Virus record (IMG/VR): IMGVR_UViG_3300029305_004606
Span: 96,001-160,000 of that record
DNA from: a virus
Taxonomy: Duplodnaviria > Caudoviricetes
Length of the DNA stretch: 64,000 bases
Strand: one strand, 5' to 3'
Every line of letters starts with the position of its first letter. Within the stretch, counting starts at the first letter, position 1. Made by a program: the position numbers and the translations under genes. Positions 36,001-44,692 of the stretch are shown one piece after another. The notes beneath the pieces are model-generated. The model searched no databases, was not told where the DNA came from, and worked only from the letters and a program-made list of their open reading frames with translations.

Positions 36001-38110
36001 ATAATTTTTTATCTAGTTCTGACATTCTAGAAGATCTAGCAGCAGAAATATTAACTTCATCATCAGTACCAAGATCAGCAAGAATTCTCTTAATCTCATC
36101 CTGATCTAATTTGTCCATAGCATCCTCTTCATCCTCTGCTGTTTCGGAAGCATCAGCTACAGCTTGAGCTAATCTTTCAAGTTCTTTTGCTTTTCTAACA
36201 TCTTCTGCTTCTTCTTCTGTTGTATCTTCAATTTCATCATCAGCAATTATATTCTGCTTATTGATTGTTTGTGTTACTTTCTGAGAAGACAGGCTATCAG
36301 ATTGACCAGTCATAGAATTCTTTCTATTTTTCTTGAGCTCATTAGCTTTTTTGATAGAATCCTTATCATCACCAACACACTGTTTCTTAATTTCAATAGC
36401 ATTAGCTACCTTAGCAGTTAAGTCAATACCTTTAACATTTTCGATCTTATCAACAAGTTTTGCAGAGATAACTTCAGGATCTTCTTTCACATCTGCAGAT
36501 GTATCTACATCTTCATCACTAAATTCTTCATTCATACAAATCTTTGTAACAAAGAGTCTCAATTTTACAGAAAGTTTCTTGATTTCTTTGGCATCAATTT
36601 CTGAGAAATTGATCTTAAAGTACTCATTATCTCCAACAAAGATAATATTAAGTTTACCAAAGGTATTCTTAAGCTGTGTTACTGCATTCGTAAACATAAG
36701 CTGATATATACAAGAAATAGGATTTAAAGACTGCTTATAATTCCACACAGATCCATTTCTTAACTTATCCCAATCTTTTACAGGAATAAAGATAGTTTTT
36801 GTATTATATCCACTTTTCTTAAGATTAGGATGATTAATTAATCTTTCTACAAAGTCAAGATAAAGATTAAATCCTTTCTTCAAAGTCCATGTATTATTCT
36901 GAAAGAATACTGAATTATAATAATACAAATCAACAAATATATTCTTTTTCTGGTATTTCTCAATCTCAGGAAAAGCATATTGAATAAAAGGATTATCTTT
37001 CTTTACAGTATCAAGAAGCATTAAAACATCTTTTCTATATCTTAATCTGGAAGAATATAATATTCTCTTCATTTGAGAATTATTATTTGTAGCCTCATTG
37101 ACAAACATAATTTTGTCTCCAGTATTAAGAGTACTTTCATGAATATATTTCATGAAATCTTCTGTCTTCATAGTTTCCTGTTCAGTAAAAGGAACTACAC
37201 CAAAGAACTTAGCACAATCTTTCTTAGTACATAAGAAAACAGGTTCACCTTTAATAAATACTCCAACTTTATTTCCACATACAGGACAAATTTCTGGTAC
37301 TTCTTCACCCTTATCGTTCTTTCTTTCAAGAATATAATCTACAGCTTCTGTAGATTCTGCAATATATTTCTTTAGATTTGTTTCTAAAGATCCTTTATTA
37401 GAAAAATATTCTTCAGGTGTAGGTACATCATCAGGAGTTTCTTCTTCTTTATTTGCAAGATTTCTTCCTCTCATAGCAAAAATAGTTTCTCTTGCCCTAT
37501 CTTCAGAAATAGTACCATTTTGCCACATAGAATATATTAAATCAAGCTGTCCATACATAGTATGATACTTAGGTATACCATCTATAGATTCCTTAATAAA
37601 ATCTTTGTAATATTGGAAGAAACGATTTCTTTCAGAATATTTAATATCATCAATACCAAATTTTTTAATAGCACTAATAATATTTTCAGCTAATTCTTCT
37701 TCGTGTTCAGAATCCACATAATTGAAAAATTTGATAGCAGATCTTACATGTTTCTCTGTATCTAAAGGATACTTTCTCAAACTAGGAATACCAAAATCTT
37801 CATCTTTCAAATCAGATCTCTTAGTTTCTAAGCAAGATTGCAATTCAATCTGTTCCTGAATAATAGAAGATTCTTCTACCTCTTCAATATGTTTCTTATC
37901 GATATAATATGATACATCTTTCTCAAGATAATATCCAGAAAATCTTCTACTATTTACAAACAACTCACTGTTCATCAACTTTCTAGAAGACTCATAGTTA
38001 GGAGTCATCAACAGAATAGCAGACCCCTTTTTCTTATCTCCATTTACAGTTGGTAAGAAAGTTTTCGTTCGATAGATTTTAAAATTTTTCATCTTATCAA
38101 TGAAAATCAT
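32999..38110 (-). CDS. rpoB: Multisubunit RNA polymerase beta-like subunit (probably virion RNAP) with ~700-aa N-terminal extension
   Basis: RFLLRGN, GNVGITR, HDDPMRTAM, EGFEDSGIIS, VGDKIV..ANKAV..I.P and KIDAFV..SISKR correspond to conserved beta motifs; late promoter at 38134-38147. Confidence 0.9.
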   Translation of the reverse strand: MIFIDKMKNFKIYRTKTFLPTVNGDKKKGSAILLMTPNYESSRKLMNSELFVNSRRFSGYYLEKDVSYYIDKKHIEEVEESSIIQEQIELQSCLETKRSDLKDEDFGIPSLRKYPLDTEKHVRSAIKFFNYVDSEHEEELAENIISAIKKFGIDDIKYSERNRFFQYYKDFIKESIDGIPKYHTMYGQLDLIYSMWQNGTISEDRARETIFAMRGRNLANKEEETPDDVPTPEEYFSNKGSLETNLKKYIAESTEAVDYILERKNDKGEEVPEICPVCGNKVGVFIKGEPVFLCTKKDCAKFFGVVPFTEQETMKTEDFMKYIHESTLNTGDKIMFVNEATNNNSQMKRILYSSRLRYRKDVLMLLDTVKKDNPFIQYAFPEIEKYQKKNIFVDLYYYNSVFFQNNTWTLKKGFNLYLDFVERLINHPNLKKSGYNTKTIFIPVKDWDKLRNGSVWNYKQSLNPISCIYQLMFTNAVTQLKNTFGKLNIIFVGDNEYFKINFSEIDAKEIKKLSVKLRLFVTKICMNEEFSDEDVDTSADVKEDPEVISAKLVDKIENVKGIDLTAKVANAIEIKKQCVGDDKDSIKKANELKKNRKNSMTGQSDSLSSQKVTQTINKQNIIADDEIEDTTEEEAEDVRKAKELERLAQAVADASETAEDEEDAMDKLDQDEIKRILADLGTDDEVNISAARSSRMSELDKKLLDKSVKGKTVKEILEDESDKKEEKTTVDVASPNKEEWKDLSYINFDKNYNIDKDIINIFRFFNNCTRPIVVRDLKVEDTSTSEDRVMTYDVDMEDYRGKRYRIKLDIPIMEDNRFLLRGNSKSIQTQFFNMPIIKTDLGTCQLISNYNKIFLYRFNDSAGRTLPAVSKLLKAAKKYTGRKIKFITGNNTKVCAKYNLPVDYIDLAGSLSRIETEDWIVYFNQDELRKKYKVESGKGFPFAYNKKLDAVEYFPPDIVDTFVNMLCLNIFKVDEEFKKLFDVQTRPRVSAYSRASIMSEKIPLILICAYYIGLEPVMKRAGINYEIVKDLSKEIKNDVNKDWIEFNDGYIVYDLNYETGLLMNGLKVCNTEMYNINEINNKGMYTEFMDDYGGRMKLDGLDNFYNLFVDPMIKESLEYYNLPTNFIDILLYGNSMLNDNKYIKHTDTSSRRLRRYQLISVYAYKALADAYAVYSNQLKHAMKFASFSVKQSAVIDAFLSDTITSDDSCINALRDVETTNSITTKGPSGMNADRAYSLDKRSYNDSMLNVLGMSTGFAGNVGITRQSTMNANITAEGYVKQSKKENMNDANTLTATEAMIPFGSTHDDPMRTAMSFIQTSKHMVRTEDSDPLLVTNGSDEVMPYMTTDKFAFKAKKDGIIKEYVQDEYMLVEYIDGTKDYINLSETTEKNSDGGYFVPLKLDAMDGAKVNLKFKKDCILAYDKYSFSNKLGESNNLAYNIGKLAKIAILNTDEGFEDSGIISDSMAKKLATRIIVKFAAVVDKDSKVFSIGKIGDHVEASDTILMWETAVDDEDASELMDALTDGDISDIGKRKLKSEVTGTLVDIKMFRTIEYDDMSESLRKIVEDYERPIKKRAKIIKDNGLSMSKVPAHYALPPTGKLKRAQEAVLIEFYVEYLDTVGVGDKIVYNSANKAVEKNIFPIGQEPYTEFRPNEKIDAFVGDSSISKRLVTSTFIYGSLQKLMIELDRSVKDIMGIPWDDTTV

Positions 38111-38133
38111 GTCGATAACCTCCTTGAATTTTG

Positions 38134-38147
38134 ATTATATAGGTGTT
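38134..38147 (-). promoter_or_regulatory. Late-type promoter (AACA-CCTATA-TAAT on minus strand)
   Basis: Perfect motif upstream of the beta-like gene RBS. Confidence 0.7.
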
Positions 38148-38257
38148 CTCAGCTTATAGATGTTCGATAATTCTTGATACTATAATGAAAAATTAATGGT
38201 ATAAAAACTTTGCTGTAATACTCTAAGTAACTTTAAAATTTAGAGACTTTTATTTCA

Positions 38258-38270
38258 ATTATATATTATA
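38258..38270 (+). promoter_or_regulatory. Early-type promoter (ATTATATATTATA)
   Basis: Exact motif, followed by a 5' hairpin ATAAAGATTT/AAATCTTTAT (38281-38308). Confidence 0.7.
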
Positions 38271-38333
38271 ATATTGAAATATAAAGATTTAATCACCGAA
38301 ATCTTTATAAATAAATTTAAGGAGGCTTTAAAT

Positions 38334-38390
38334 ATGTTACTGGTGATACAAATGACTGGTTTATCCAGATTATATGAACAGGAGAGATGA
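38334..38390 (+). CDS. Possible 18-aa leader peptide (MLLVIQMTGLSRLYEQER)
   Basis: AAGGAGG RBS; stop abuts the ATG of the next gene. Confidence 0.45.
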   Translation: MLLVIQMTGLSRLYEQER

Positions 38391-38391
38391 T

Positions 38392-39177
38392 ATGATATAT
38401 TATTTAGATGGTAGAACCACAGGTATAGCAGTTAAGGTTACTTATAAAAACACAAAGAAACATCGTTTTATAGTAACCAAAGAAAACAAAATTAGATTGT
38501 TTGACAATCTTGAAGTAGCAAAAACTGTTGCAAAAACAGTTACAGGAATCGAGTCCAAAATTGATTATTATATTTCAGTCAACGACAAAATGTATCCATT
38601 GGATAAAATCTATAAAGTACATGGAGTTTATAAGATTATTGATAAAGATACACAAACAATAATCAGTGTAAAAGAAAAGACTGAATATAAAGCTTCGAAG
38701 TTCGGCTATATTGTATTTGAGGACGGAGATACCACCAGATGTGAAAAGAAGTATGGTCATGAAAGAAATGATCAACTTATGAATAGCATTGCAGCAGCTA
38801 TTGAATTAGCTTTTATTGAAAATCGTGACGAATTTGGTGTTGCATATACTGAATCGTATAACTCTGAATTTGTAATCCATCTTAGAAACTGTACTGGTGC
38901 AATACATATTTGTACCAATGGTAACTTAATGGATATTAATCAGTGTAGAAAAGAAGAAGGACTTAAAGTATTTCCATTTTCAAAAAATATGGATAAGTTT
39001 ACTACTTTTTACACATATATTTCTAGAGACGCTTCTGAGCCGTCTAGAGTAAATTCAGAAGAGAAGGCATTGAAATTGTTAGACAGATTACTCACTCGTA
39101 TTTGTGAAATGGAACCTGATGCAAATGCTAAGGTTGTAAATATAGAATATGGTGGATATATTTGTTACGAAATCTAA
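38392..39177 (+). CDS. Hypothetical early protein (paralog of 39208-39963)
   Basis: AGGAG precedes ATG 38392; NQCRKEEGLKVFPFSKNMDKF motif. Confidence 0.75.
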   Translation: MIYYLDGRTTGIAVKVTYKNTKKHRFIVTKENKIRLFDNLEVAKTVAKTVTGIESKIDYYISVNDKMYPLDKIYKVHGVYKIIDKDTQTIISVKEKTEYKASKFGYIVFEDGDTTRCEKKYGHERNDQLMNSIAAAIELAFIENRDEFGVAYTESYNSEFVIHLRNCTGAIHICTNGNLMDINQCRKEEGLKVFPFSKNMDKFTTFYTYISRDASEPSRVNSEEKALKLLDRLLTRICEMEPDANAKVVNIEYGGYICYEI

Positions 39178-39207
39178 TACCTAAAGGAATAAGGAGAAGT
39201 TGAAAAT

Positions 39208-39963
39208 ATGATTAAAACTATTAAACTTGACGGAAAAGATAATTATCTTTTCGACACTAATACTGGAGATATTGTATATCGGTATGATGATGACAAAGAT
39301 CTTCAATTGGTTCTTACTTTGGATGATTCTGTTCTGAATATTAGCAAGAAAAAGATTTCTAGACAGTTTGATGGACAGATTATTGTGCAGCATAATGATG
39401 ATAGATATATTATTGATGATGGTTATTATAACACATTAATTAAGTCTGGTTATATTGTTTATAATGCTTATGATGAGATCAATATTGATCCCGATTTCAA
39501 AGAACATGGTATTGTTTTAAGAGATGGTATTATAAAACAGCTGAGACAAGTGATTATGGAAATCAATAAGGAATATAATTTCATTAACGGAGCTGCACCT
39601 ACAGAACCTACCTTGGAATATTCAGGTAATAAAACTACTCTGAAAATTGATTCTGAAAATGGAGATTTTAGCTATACATTTGTATTTGATACAATCAATA
39701 GTATGGTTAATAAGAATCAAGGAAGAAAAGAAAATGATCTTACATTCTATCCATTTAAGAAATCTATGGACAGATATGGTACTATTTACCTGTCAGTATT
39801 TTGCCAGAAGAATCGACACATTGAAGATAATACGCCTAAGAAGAAATATATTGTACCCGATTCAATTATCAAAGAAATTATCAAGAAATTAAATGATGTT
39901 GATCAGTATCATTATGTATCTAATCAGGTTAAAAGACGTGTTGTTTACTGTAAAGGATTGTAA
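39208..39963 (+). CDS. Hypothetical early protein (paralog of 38392-39177)
   Basis: NQGRKENDLTFYPFKKSMDRY motif; AAGGAG RBS. Confidence 0.75.
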   Translation: MIKTIKLDGKDNYLFDTNTGDIVYRYDDDKDLQLVLTLDDSVLNISKKKISRQFDGQIIVQHNDDRYIIDDGYYNTLIKSGYIVYNAYDEINIDPDFKEHGIVLRDGIIKQLRQVIMEINKEYNFINGAAPTEPTLEYSGNKTTLKIDSENGDFSYTFVFDTINSMVNKNQGRKENDLTFYPFKKSMDRYGTIYLSVFCQKNRHIEDNTPKKKYIVPDSIIKEIIKKLNDVDQYHYVSNQVKRRVVYCKGL

Positions 39964-39974
39964 TTTGAAAATAG

Positions 39975-40009
39975 CCAGTGGGATTTTATCTCCCACTGGT
40001 TTATTTTTT
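39975..40009 (+). terminator. Intrinsic terminator
   Basis: CCAGTGGGA/TCCCACTGG stem followed by TTTATTTTTT. Confidence 0.8.
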
Positions 40010-40034
40010 GATTGATATTTGAGCTAATTTGAAA

Positions 40035-40048
40035 AACATCGATATAAT
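40035..40048 (+). promoter_or_regulatory. Late-type promoter (AACA-TCGATA-TAAT)
   Basis: Perfect motif upstream of the hydrolase gene. Confidence 0.7.
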
Positions 40049-40098
40049 ACCGAATAACTTTGTTTATTAAAAAAATAAATAGGAAAGGGGATAGTAAC

Positions 40099-43000
40099 AT
40101 GACTGATGCTGAAAGAATACAATTTATAGAGCAGATAGCTGTTTTTGTACAAAAACATGCACCAACTTATGGTATATTAGTACATTCTCCTATTATTGCT
40201 CAGGCATGTTTAGAATCCGCATATGGTACCTCTAATAAAGCTCAATATCATAATTATTTTGGATTAAAATATAGAGGTGATAGAGTAACTTGTGCTAGTG
40301 GATATTTTTCTGATACAAGTTCAGAACAAAATGCTGATGGTAGTTATATTACTATTACTACTGATTGGTATAAATTTGATAATATGGATTCTGGTGTTGA
40401 AGGTTATTTCCAGTTTACTAATATAGCAAATTATGATAATCTTAAAGGTGTAACAGATCCTAGAACATATCTTGAAAATATTAAAGCAGATGGATATGCT
40501 ACATCTATTAATTATGTAGATAACGTAATGGCTGTTATAGATAAATGGGACCTTACAAAATATGATAGTCCTATTGAACAAAGAGGAATAAAAGTAGCTA
40601 TTGATGCAGGACATGGATCTAATACTGCTGGAAAAAGACATCCGGATGGATATCGTGAACATTGGTCTGATACTTATATGGCTTTCTATTTGAATCAGAT
40701 TCTTGTAAAGAACGGATTTGAAACATTCAAAACTTCTTGGGATGATGACAATCCCACAGATGATGAAGATATAGAATTAGCTATAAGACAGGCACAGATT
40801 AAAGCATTTGGAGCAGATATTTCTGTATCTATTCATGCCAATGCATATGGAGATGGAGCTAGTTACAATAGTGCTGAAGGTGTATCTACACATTATCATT
40901 CTAATACATCGAGAGTTGGAGATTCAGTAGCTTTAGCTACAGCTATTCAGAATGAATTAATTAAAAATACTACTCAGAAAAACAGAGGTATTGTAGCTCA
41001 AGAATTAGCAATGTGTAACTGTGTTGCTATGGGAACACAAGCATCTGTATTAATGGAAACTGCTTTTATGACTAACTCTAGAGAATCTGCTTTATTACAA
41101 AGCGATGAATTCTGTGTAGAATGTGCTAGAGAAATTGCCCAAGGTATTTTCAATTATTTTGGTATTACAGATGCTGATGCTAATGTTTATGTAGTAGCAG
41201 CTGATAGAAGTCATACTGATGAAGATGATAAAGATATTATAAATGCTACTGTTACTTTAGATAATCCTGTAGTTGAATATTATGGAAATATAAATTGTCC
41301 TGCTCCTACAGTTGTATATGATGGAACAACATTATCTATCAATGTAGATTATACAGTTCAATATTCCAATAATATTAATGCTGGTATTGGTATTGTTACT
41401 ATTACTGGTATTGGAAAGTATACTGGAACGAAAAATGTAGAATTTACTATTAAAGCTAGAGATATTGGAACAGCTTCTTGGGTATACAGTACAGATGCTG
41501 ATAATTGTATCAATATTGATCAATTAGGTTTAACTTGTATTGGTATGACTCTTGTAAAAAATACAGATTATACGTTGGAAGTTAGTTACAAAGATCATGA
41601 AGGTTATAAATTAGCAATCTGTAATGCTTATGGTAAAGGAAATTACTATGGCTCTATCAATGGTGGATTCTTTGTTGAAAAATATCCAGAAGATCCTAAG
41701 ATTGATATCAATAGTATAAGTTTTAGTATAGACCAAAACGACTTTATTTATGATGGTAATGTACATAAACCCGAAGTATCAAATACAGGTGGACTGATTG
41801 TAAATACTGATTATACAGTAACTTATAATGGTACATTTATAGATGCTGGAAATTATAAAGTTATAGTAACAGGTATAAATTCTTATGAGGGTACTATAAC
41901 ATTTTCTGTTACAATACATAGAAAAGAAATTTCTAAAAATAATTTTACTATTAGTCAAAATTATTTCATATATGATGGTTCTATGCATAAACCTGATGTG
42001 ACAAATAATATCGGATTAATTGCAAATAATGATTATACTGTTTCTTATAATGGTGCATTTATTAATGCAGGAGAATATACAGTTGATATTGTAGGTGTAA
42101 ATAATTATATTGGATCTATATCATTTCCTGTAACAATAGACAGAAAAGAAATTTCCAAAGATGATTTTAATGTAGCATCGAATTTAACATACAATGGATC
42201 TGTACAAAAACCTATTGTAAAAAGCTTGAAAGGTTACAGTATAAATACAGATTACAATGTAGAATATATAGGCGATTTTATCAATGTAGGACAATATACA
42301 GTTAATATTACTGGTATTGGAAACTATATTGGAAGTGTAACTTATTCTGTTACTATAAATAGAAAAGATATTAACAATATATCATTTACTATATCTGATA
42401 ATATTTATAATGGATCGCAACAAACTCCTATAATTACTACATCAGAAAAAATAGTTGAAGGACAGGATTATTCTGTTGTATATATTGGAGACATGATAAA
42501 TGTTGGTACATATGATATTATTATATCTGGTATTAATAATTATACAGGAAATGTCAATACTGTAGCAAAAATTGTTCCCAAATCGATAACTTATGACGAT
42601 TTCGATATTTATCCTAAGACGTTTATTTATAATGGAGATAGTAAAGATGTAAGTATTTCATCTTCATTACGCTTGGGAAATGATTATACAGTATCTACTG
42701 AAGAAGATATGGTATCTGTTGGACCCAAAACACTTACATTCCAAGGTATTGGAAATTACACTGGAACTATAACAGATTCTATAGAAATACTACCTTGTAA
42801 TATAGATTCTATATATTTTACAGTAGAACCAGATAGTGCTGTTTATTATGGTGGAACATTATATCCTATTATAAGTTGCGGAAATGGTTTAATAGAAGGA
42901 ACTGATTATAAAGTTTCTTATAAAGGTAAATTTATAGAAGTTGGTAATTATCAGACTATTATTACTGGTATTGGAAATTATACTGGTGAACGAAGTTTTG

Positions 43001-44598
43001 ATATGGTTATTACAAAAAGAGAATTGTCTACTGTAACTATTGATATTGAAACAGATAGTAAAGGATTTTATATAATTGATACTCTTAGATTATATACAGA
43101 AACTGAAGAATTGGTAGCTGGAGAAGATTATAGTTTGACTATCAGTTATACAAACAACTTTGCTACATCTTACAAAGAAGCTACAATTAAAATTACTGGT
43201 ATTAATAATTATAACGGAACAATAACCAAGGTGTATAATGTTTCTGATATTGAATATATAGATATCAATGATTGTATCATTATGGTAAATATTCCTGGTA
43301 CTATATATTATTCTGGTTTTGCTAATAGACCTGAAGTTACTGTTAAATATGGTAATAAATTGCTAACTGAAAATATAGAATATAAAGTTGAATATAAAGA
43401 TAATATCAATGCTGGTAATGCCAAAGTAACTATCTCTGGTATAGGTCTTTATGTAAATTCAAAAACTGAAATTTTTATTATTCAGAGACAAAATATAACC
43501 AATAGAGTGATAACTATAGAACAAACAAGTTATTATTTTACTGGAAAAGATATTACTCCTGCAGTGCAAGTAGAAGGACTAAAGCAAGGATCAGATTATA
43601 CTGTAACTTACAAAGACAATAAATATCCTGGAACTGCTAAAATTATAGTTAATGGTACAAATAACTATATTGGTACTTTAGAGACAGAATTTACTATCGA
43701 AGGTGAAAATATATCTGATTGTATTGCAGAATATGGTACCCCTTCAAAGTATACTGAATATAGAGTAGAAGGTGCTTTTAATCTATATGCTGATTTAGAA
43801 TCATATCAAGCTAAAGAAGCTTTGATAGTAGGAATTGATTATATTATTGCACATGAATCTAGAACAGAATATAGCGAATATACTTTGGTTGGTATTCTTG
43901 TAGAAGGATGTAATCTATATACTGGACAGCATAGATATAGTTTCAGAGTTATAGACAAAGATGAACCTCCAAGAGATATACCTGATGATGATAACGGTGT
44001 ATATAATTTTGGATATCTTAATATACCTGGTTCTGAAACTGCTGTTGGAGATTATGATTTTGGATGTCTTGATTGTGGAATTGATCCAGAAACTGTTGTT
44101 ATAGACGAAAAAGATTATGATTTCAATATTCTTTGTGGAGATGGTCAATATGGTATTAGTCCTGGTGATATTTTTACATTGAAAAATACTTCTATTTATA
44201 CAACTTGTAATGCTGAAGAGGTAGCGTTTAAATGTAATAAAACTATCTATATTTATGACAATATTATTGTTAATGGTAGAGTTAGAGTTGCTCGTATTGA
44301 AGATGCTGTAGATTCTCCTGCTAGAGTATTTGGATGGGTTGTAATAGATGATATTAAGAAACTTAATATTCTTCCTATTGGTGAAAAAGTTATTGTTACC
44401 GGAAAAATCTATGAAAATCCTGATGGTACTGGAAGCTATATTGAAAAGAGTGAAGCAACTATGTATATATCTGGACATGTTAATGGTATAGAAGAAAACA
44501 AATTTCAATACCCTTATATTGTATCTACTACTAAAACAAGTAGAATGCTTGGATATGTATCCAGATTATCAATAGTACAATACTCTGACACATTCTAA
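40099..44598 (+). CDS. Bifunctional peptidoglycan hydrolase: GH73 glucosaminidase + N-acetylmuramoyl-L-alanine amidase (Amidase_3) + Ig-like repeats
   Basis: IIAQACLESAYG..HNYFGLK..GYATS..Y (GH73); VAIDAGHG..E..SVSIHANA..SVLMETAFMTN (amidase_3); repeated Y.G....P....DY.V.Y....ITG.GNY.G units. Confidence 0.88.
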   Translation: MTDAERIQFIEQIAVFVQKHAPTYGILVHSPIIAQACLESAYGTSNKAQYHNYFGLKYRGDRVTCASGYFSDTSSEQNADGSYITITTDWYKFDNMDSGVEGYFQFTNIANYDNLKGVTDPRTYLENIKADGYATSINYVDNVMAVIDKWDLTKYDSPIEQRGIKVAIDAGHGSNTAGKRHPDGYREHWSDTYMAFYLNQILVKNGFETFKTSWDDDNPTDDEDIELAIRQAQIKAFGADISVSIHANAYGDGASYNSAEGVSTHYHSNTSRVGDSVALATAIQNELIKNTTQKNRGIVAQELAMCNCVAMGTQASVLMETAFMTNSRESALLQSDEFCVECAREIAQGIFNYFGITDADANVYVVAADRSHTDEDDKDIINATVTLDNPVVEYYGNINCPAPTVVYDGTTLSINVDYTVQYSNNINAGIGIVTITGIGKYTGTKNVEFTIKARDIGTASWVYSTDADNCINIDQLGLTCIGMTLVKNTDYTLEVSYKDHEGYKLAICNAYGKGNYYGSINGGFFVEKYPEDPKIDINSISFSIDQNDFIYDGNVHKPEVSNTGGLIVNTDYTVTYNGTFIDAGNYKVIVTGINSYEGTITFSVTIHRKEISKNNFTISQNYFIYDGSMHKPDVTNNIGLIANNDYTVSYNGAFINAGEYTVDIVGVNNYIGSISFPVTIDRKEISKDDFNVASNLTYNGSVQKPIVKSLKGYSINTDYNVEYIGDFINVGQYTVNITGIGNYIGSVTYSVTINRKDINNISFTISDNIYNGSQQTPIITTSEKIVEGQDYSVVYIGDMINVGTYDIIISGINNYTGNVNTVAKIVPKSITYDDFDIYPKTFIYNGDSKDVSISSSLRLGNDYTVSTEEDMVSVGPKTLTFQGIGNYTGTITDSIEILPCNIDSIYFTVEPDSAVYYGGTLYPIISCGNGLIEGTDYKVSYKGKFIEVGNYQTIITGIGNYTGERSFDMVITKRELSTVTIDIETDSKGFYIIDTLRLYTETEELVAGEDYSLTISYTNNFATSYKEATIKITGINNYNGTITKVYNVSDIEYIDINDCIIMVNIPGTIYYSGFANRPEVTVKYGNKLLTENIEYKVEYKDNINAGNAKVTISGIGLYVNSKTEIFIIQRQNITNRVITIEQTSYYFTGKDITPAVQVEGLKQGSDYTVTYKDNKYPGTAKIIVNGTNNYIGTLETEFTIEGENISDCIAEYGTPSKYTEYRVEGAFNLYADLESYQAKEALIVGIDYIIAHESRTEYSEYTLVGILVEGCNLYTGQHRYSFRVIDKDEPPRDIPDDDNGVYNFGYLNIPGSETAVGDYDFGCLDCGIDPETVVIDEKDYDFNILCGDGQYGISPGDIFTLKNTSIYTTCNAEEVAFKCNKTIYIYDNIIVNGRVRVARIEDAVDSPARVFGWVVIDDIKKLNILPIGEKVIVTGKIYENPDGTGSYIEKSEATMYISGHVNGIEENKFQYPYIVSTTKTSRMLGYVSRLSIVQYSDTF
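41260..43700 (+). repeat. About 10 tandem ~75-aa Ig-like (MBG-like) repeats within the hydrolase
   Basis: Recurring DYTV.Y...INAG...V.ITGIGNY.G motif. Confidence 0.8.
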
Positions 44599-44611
44599 TT
44601 TTATGTAAAAT

Positions 44612-44645
44612 GGGCAAGCATTATACAGTGCTTGCCCCTCTTTTA
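44612..44645 (+). terminator. Intrinsic terminator
   Basis: GGGCAAGCA/TGCTTGCCC stem followed by CTCTTTT. Confidence 0.75.
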
Positions 44646-44653
44646 ACCCAATT

Positions 44654-44667
44654 CACATATGAATAAT
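44654..44667 (+). promoter_or_regulatory. Late-type promoter (CACA-TATGAA-TAAT)
   Basis: Motif upstream of the tape measure RBS. Confidence 0.6.
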
Positions 44668-44692
44668 CTATTTGAAAGGAGGATAAACCATT

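Noticed and set aside
21985-38110. Introns or inteins in the RNAP genes
   Set aside because: Both ORFs are continuous; no intein splice motifs or LAGLIDADG blocks recognised
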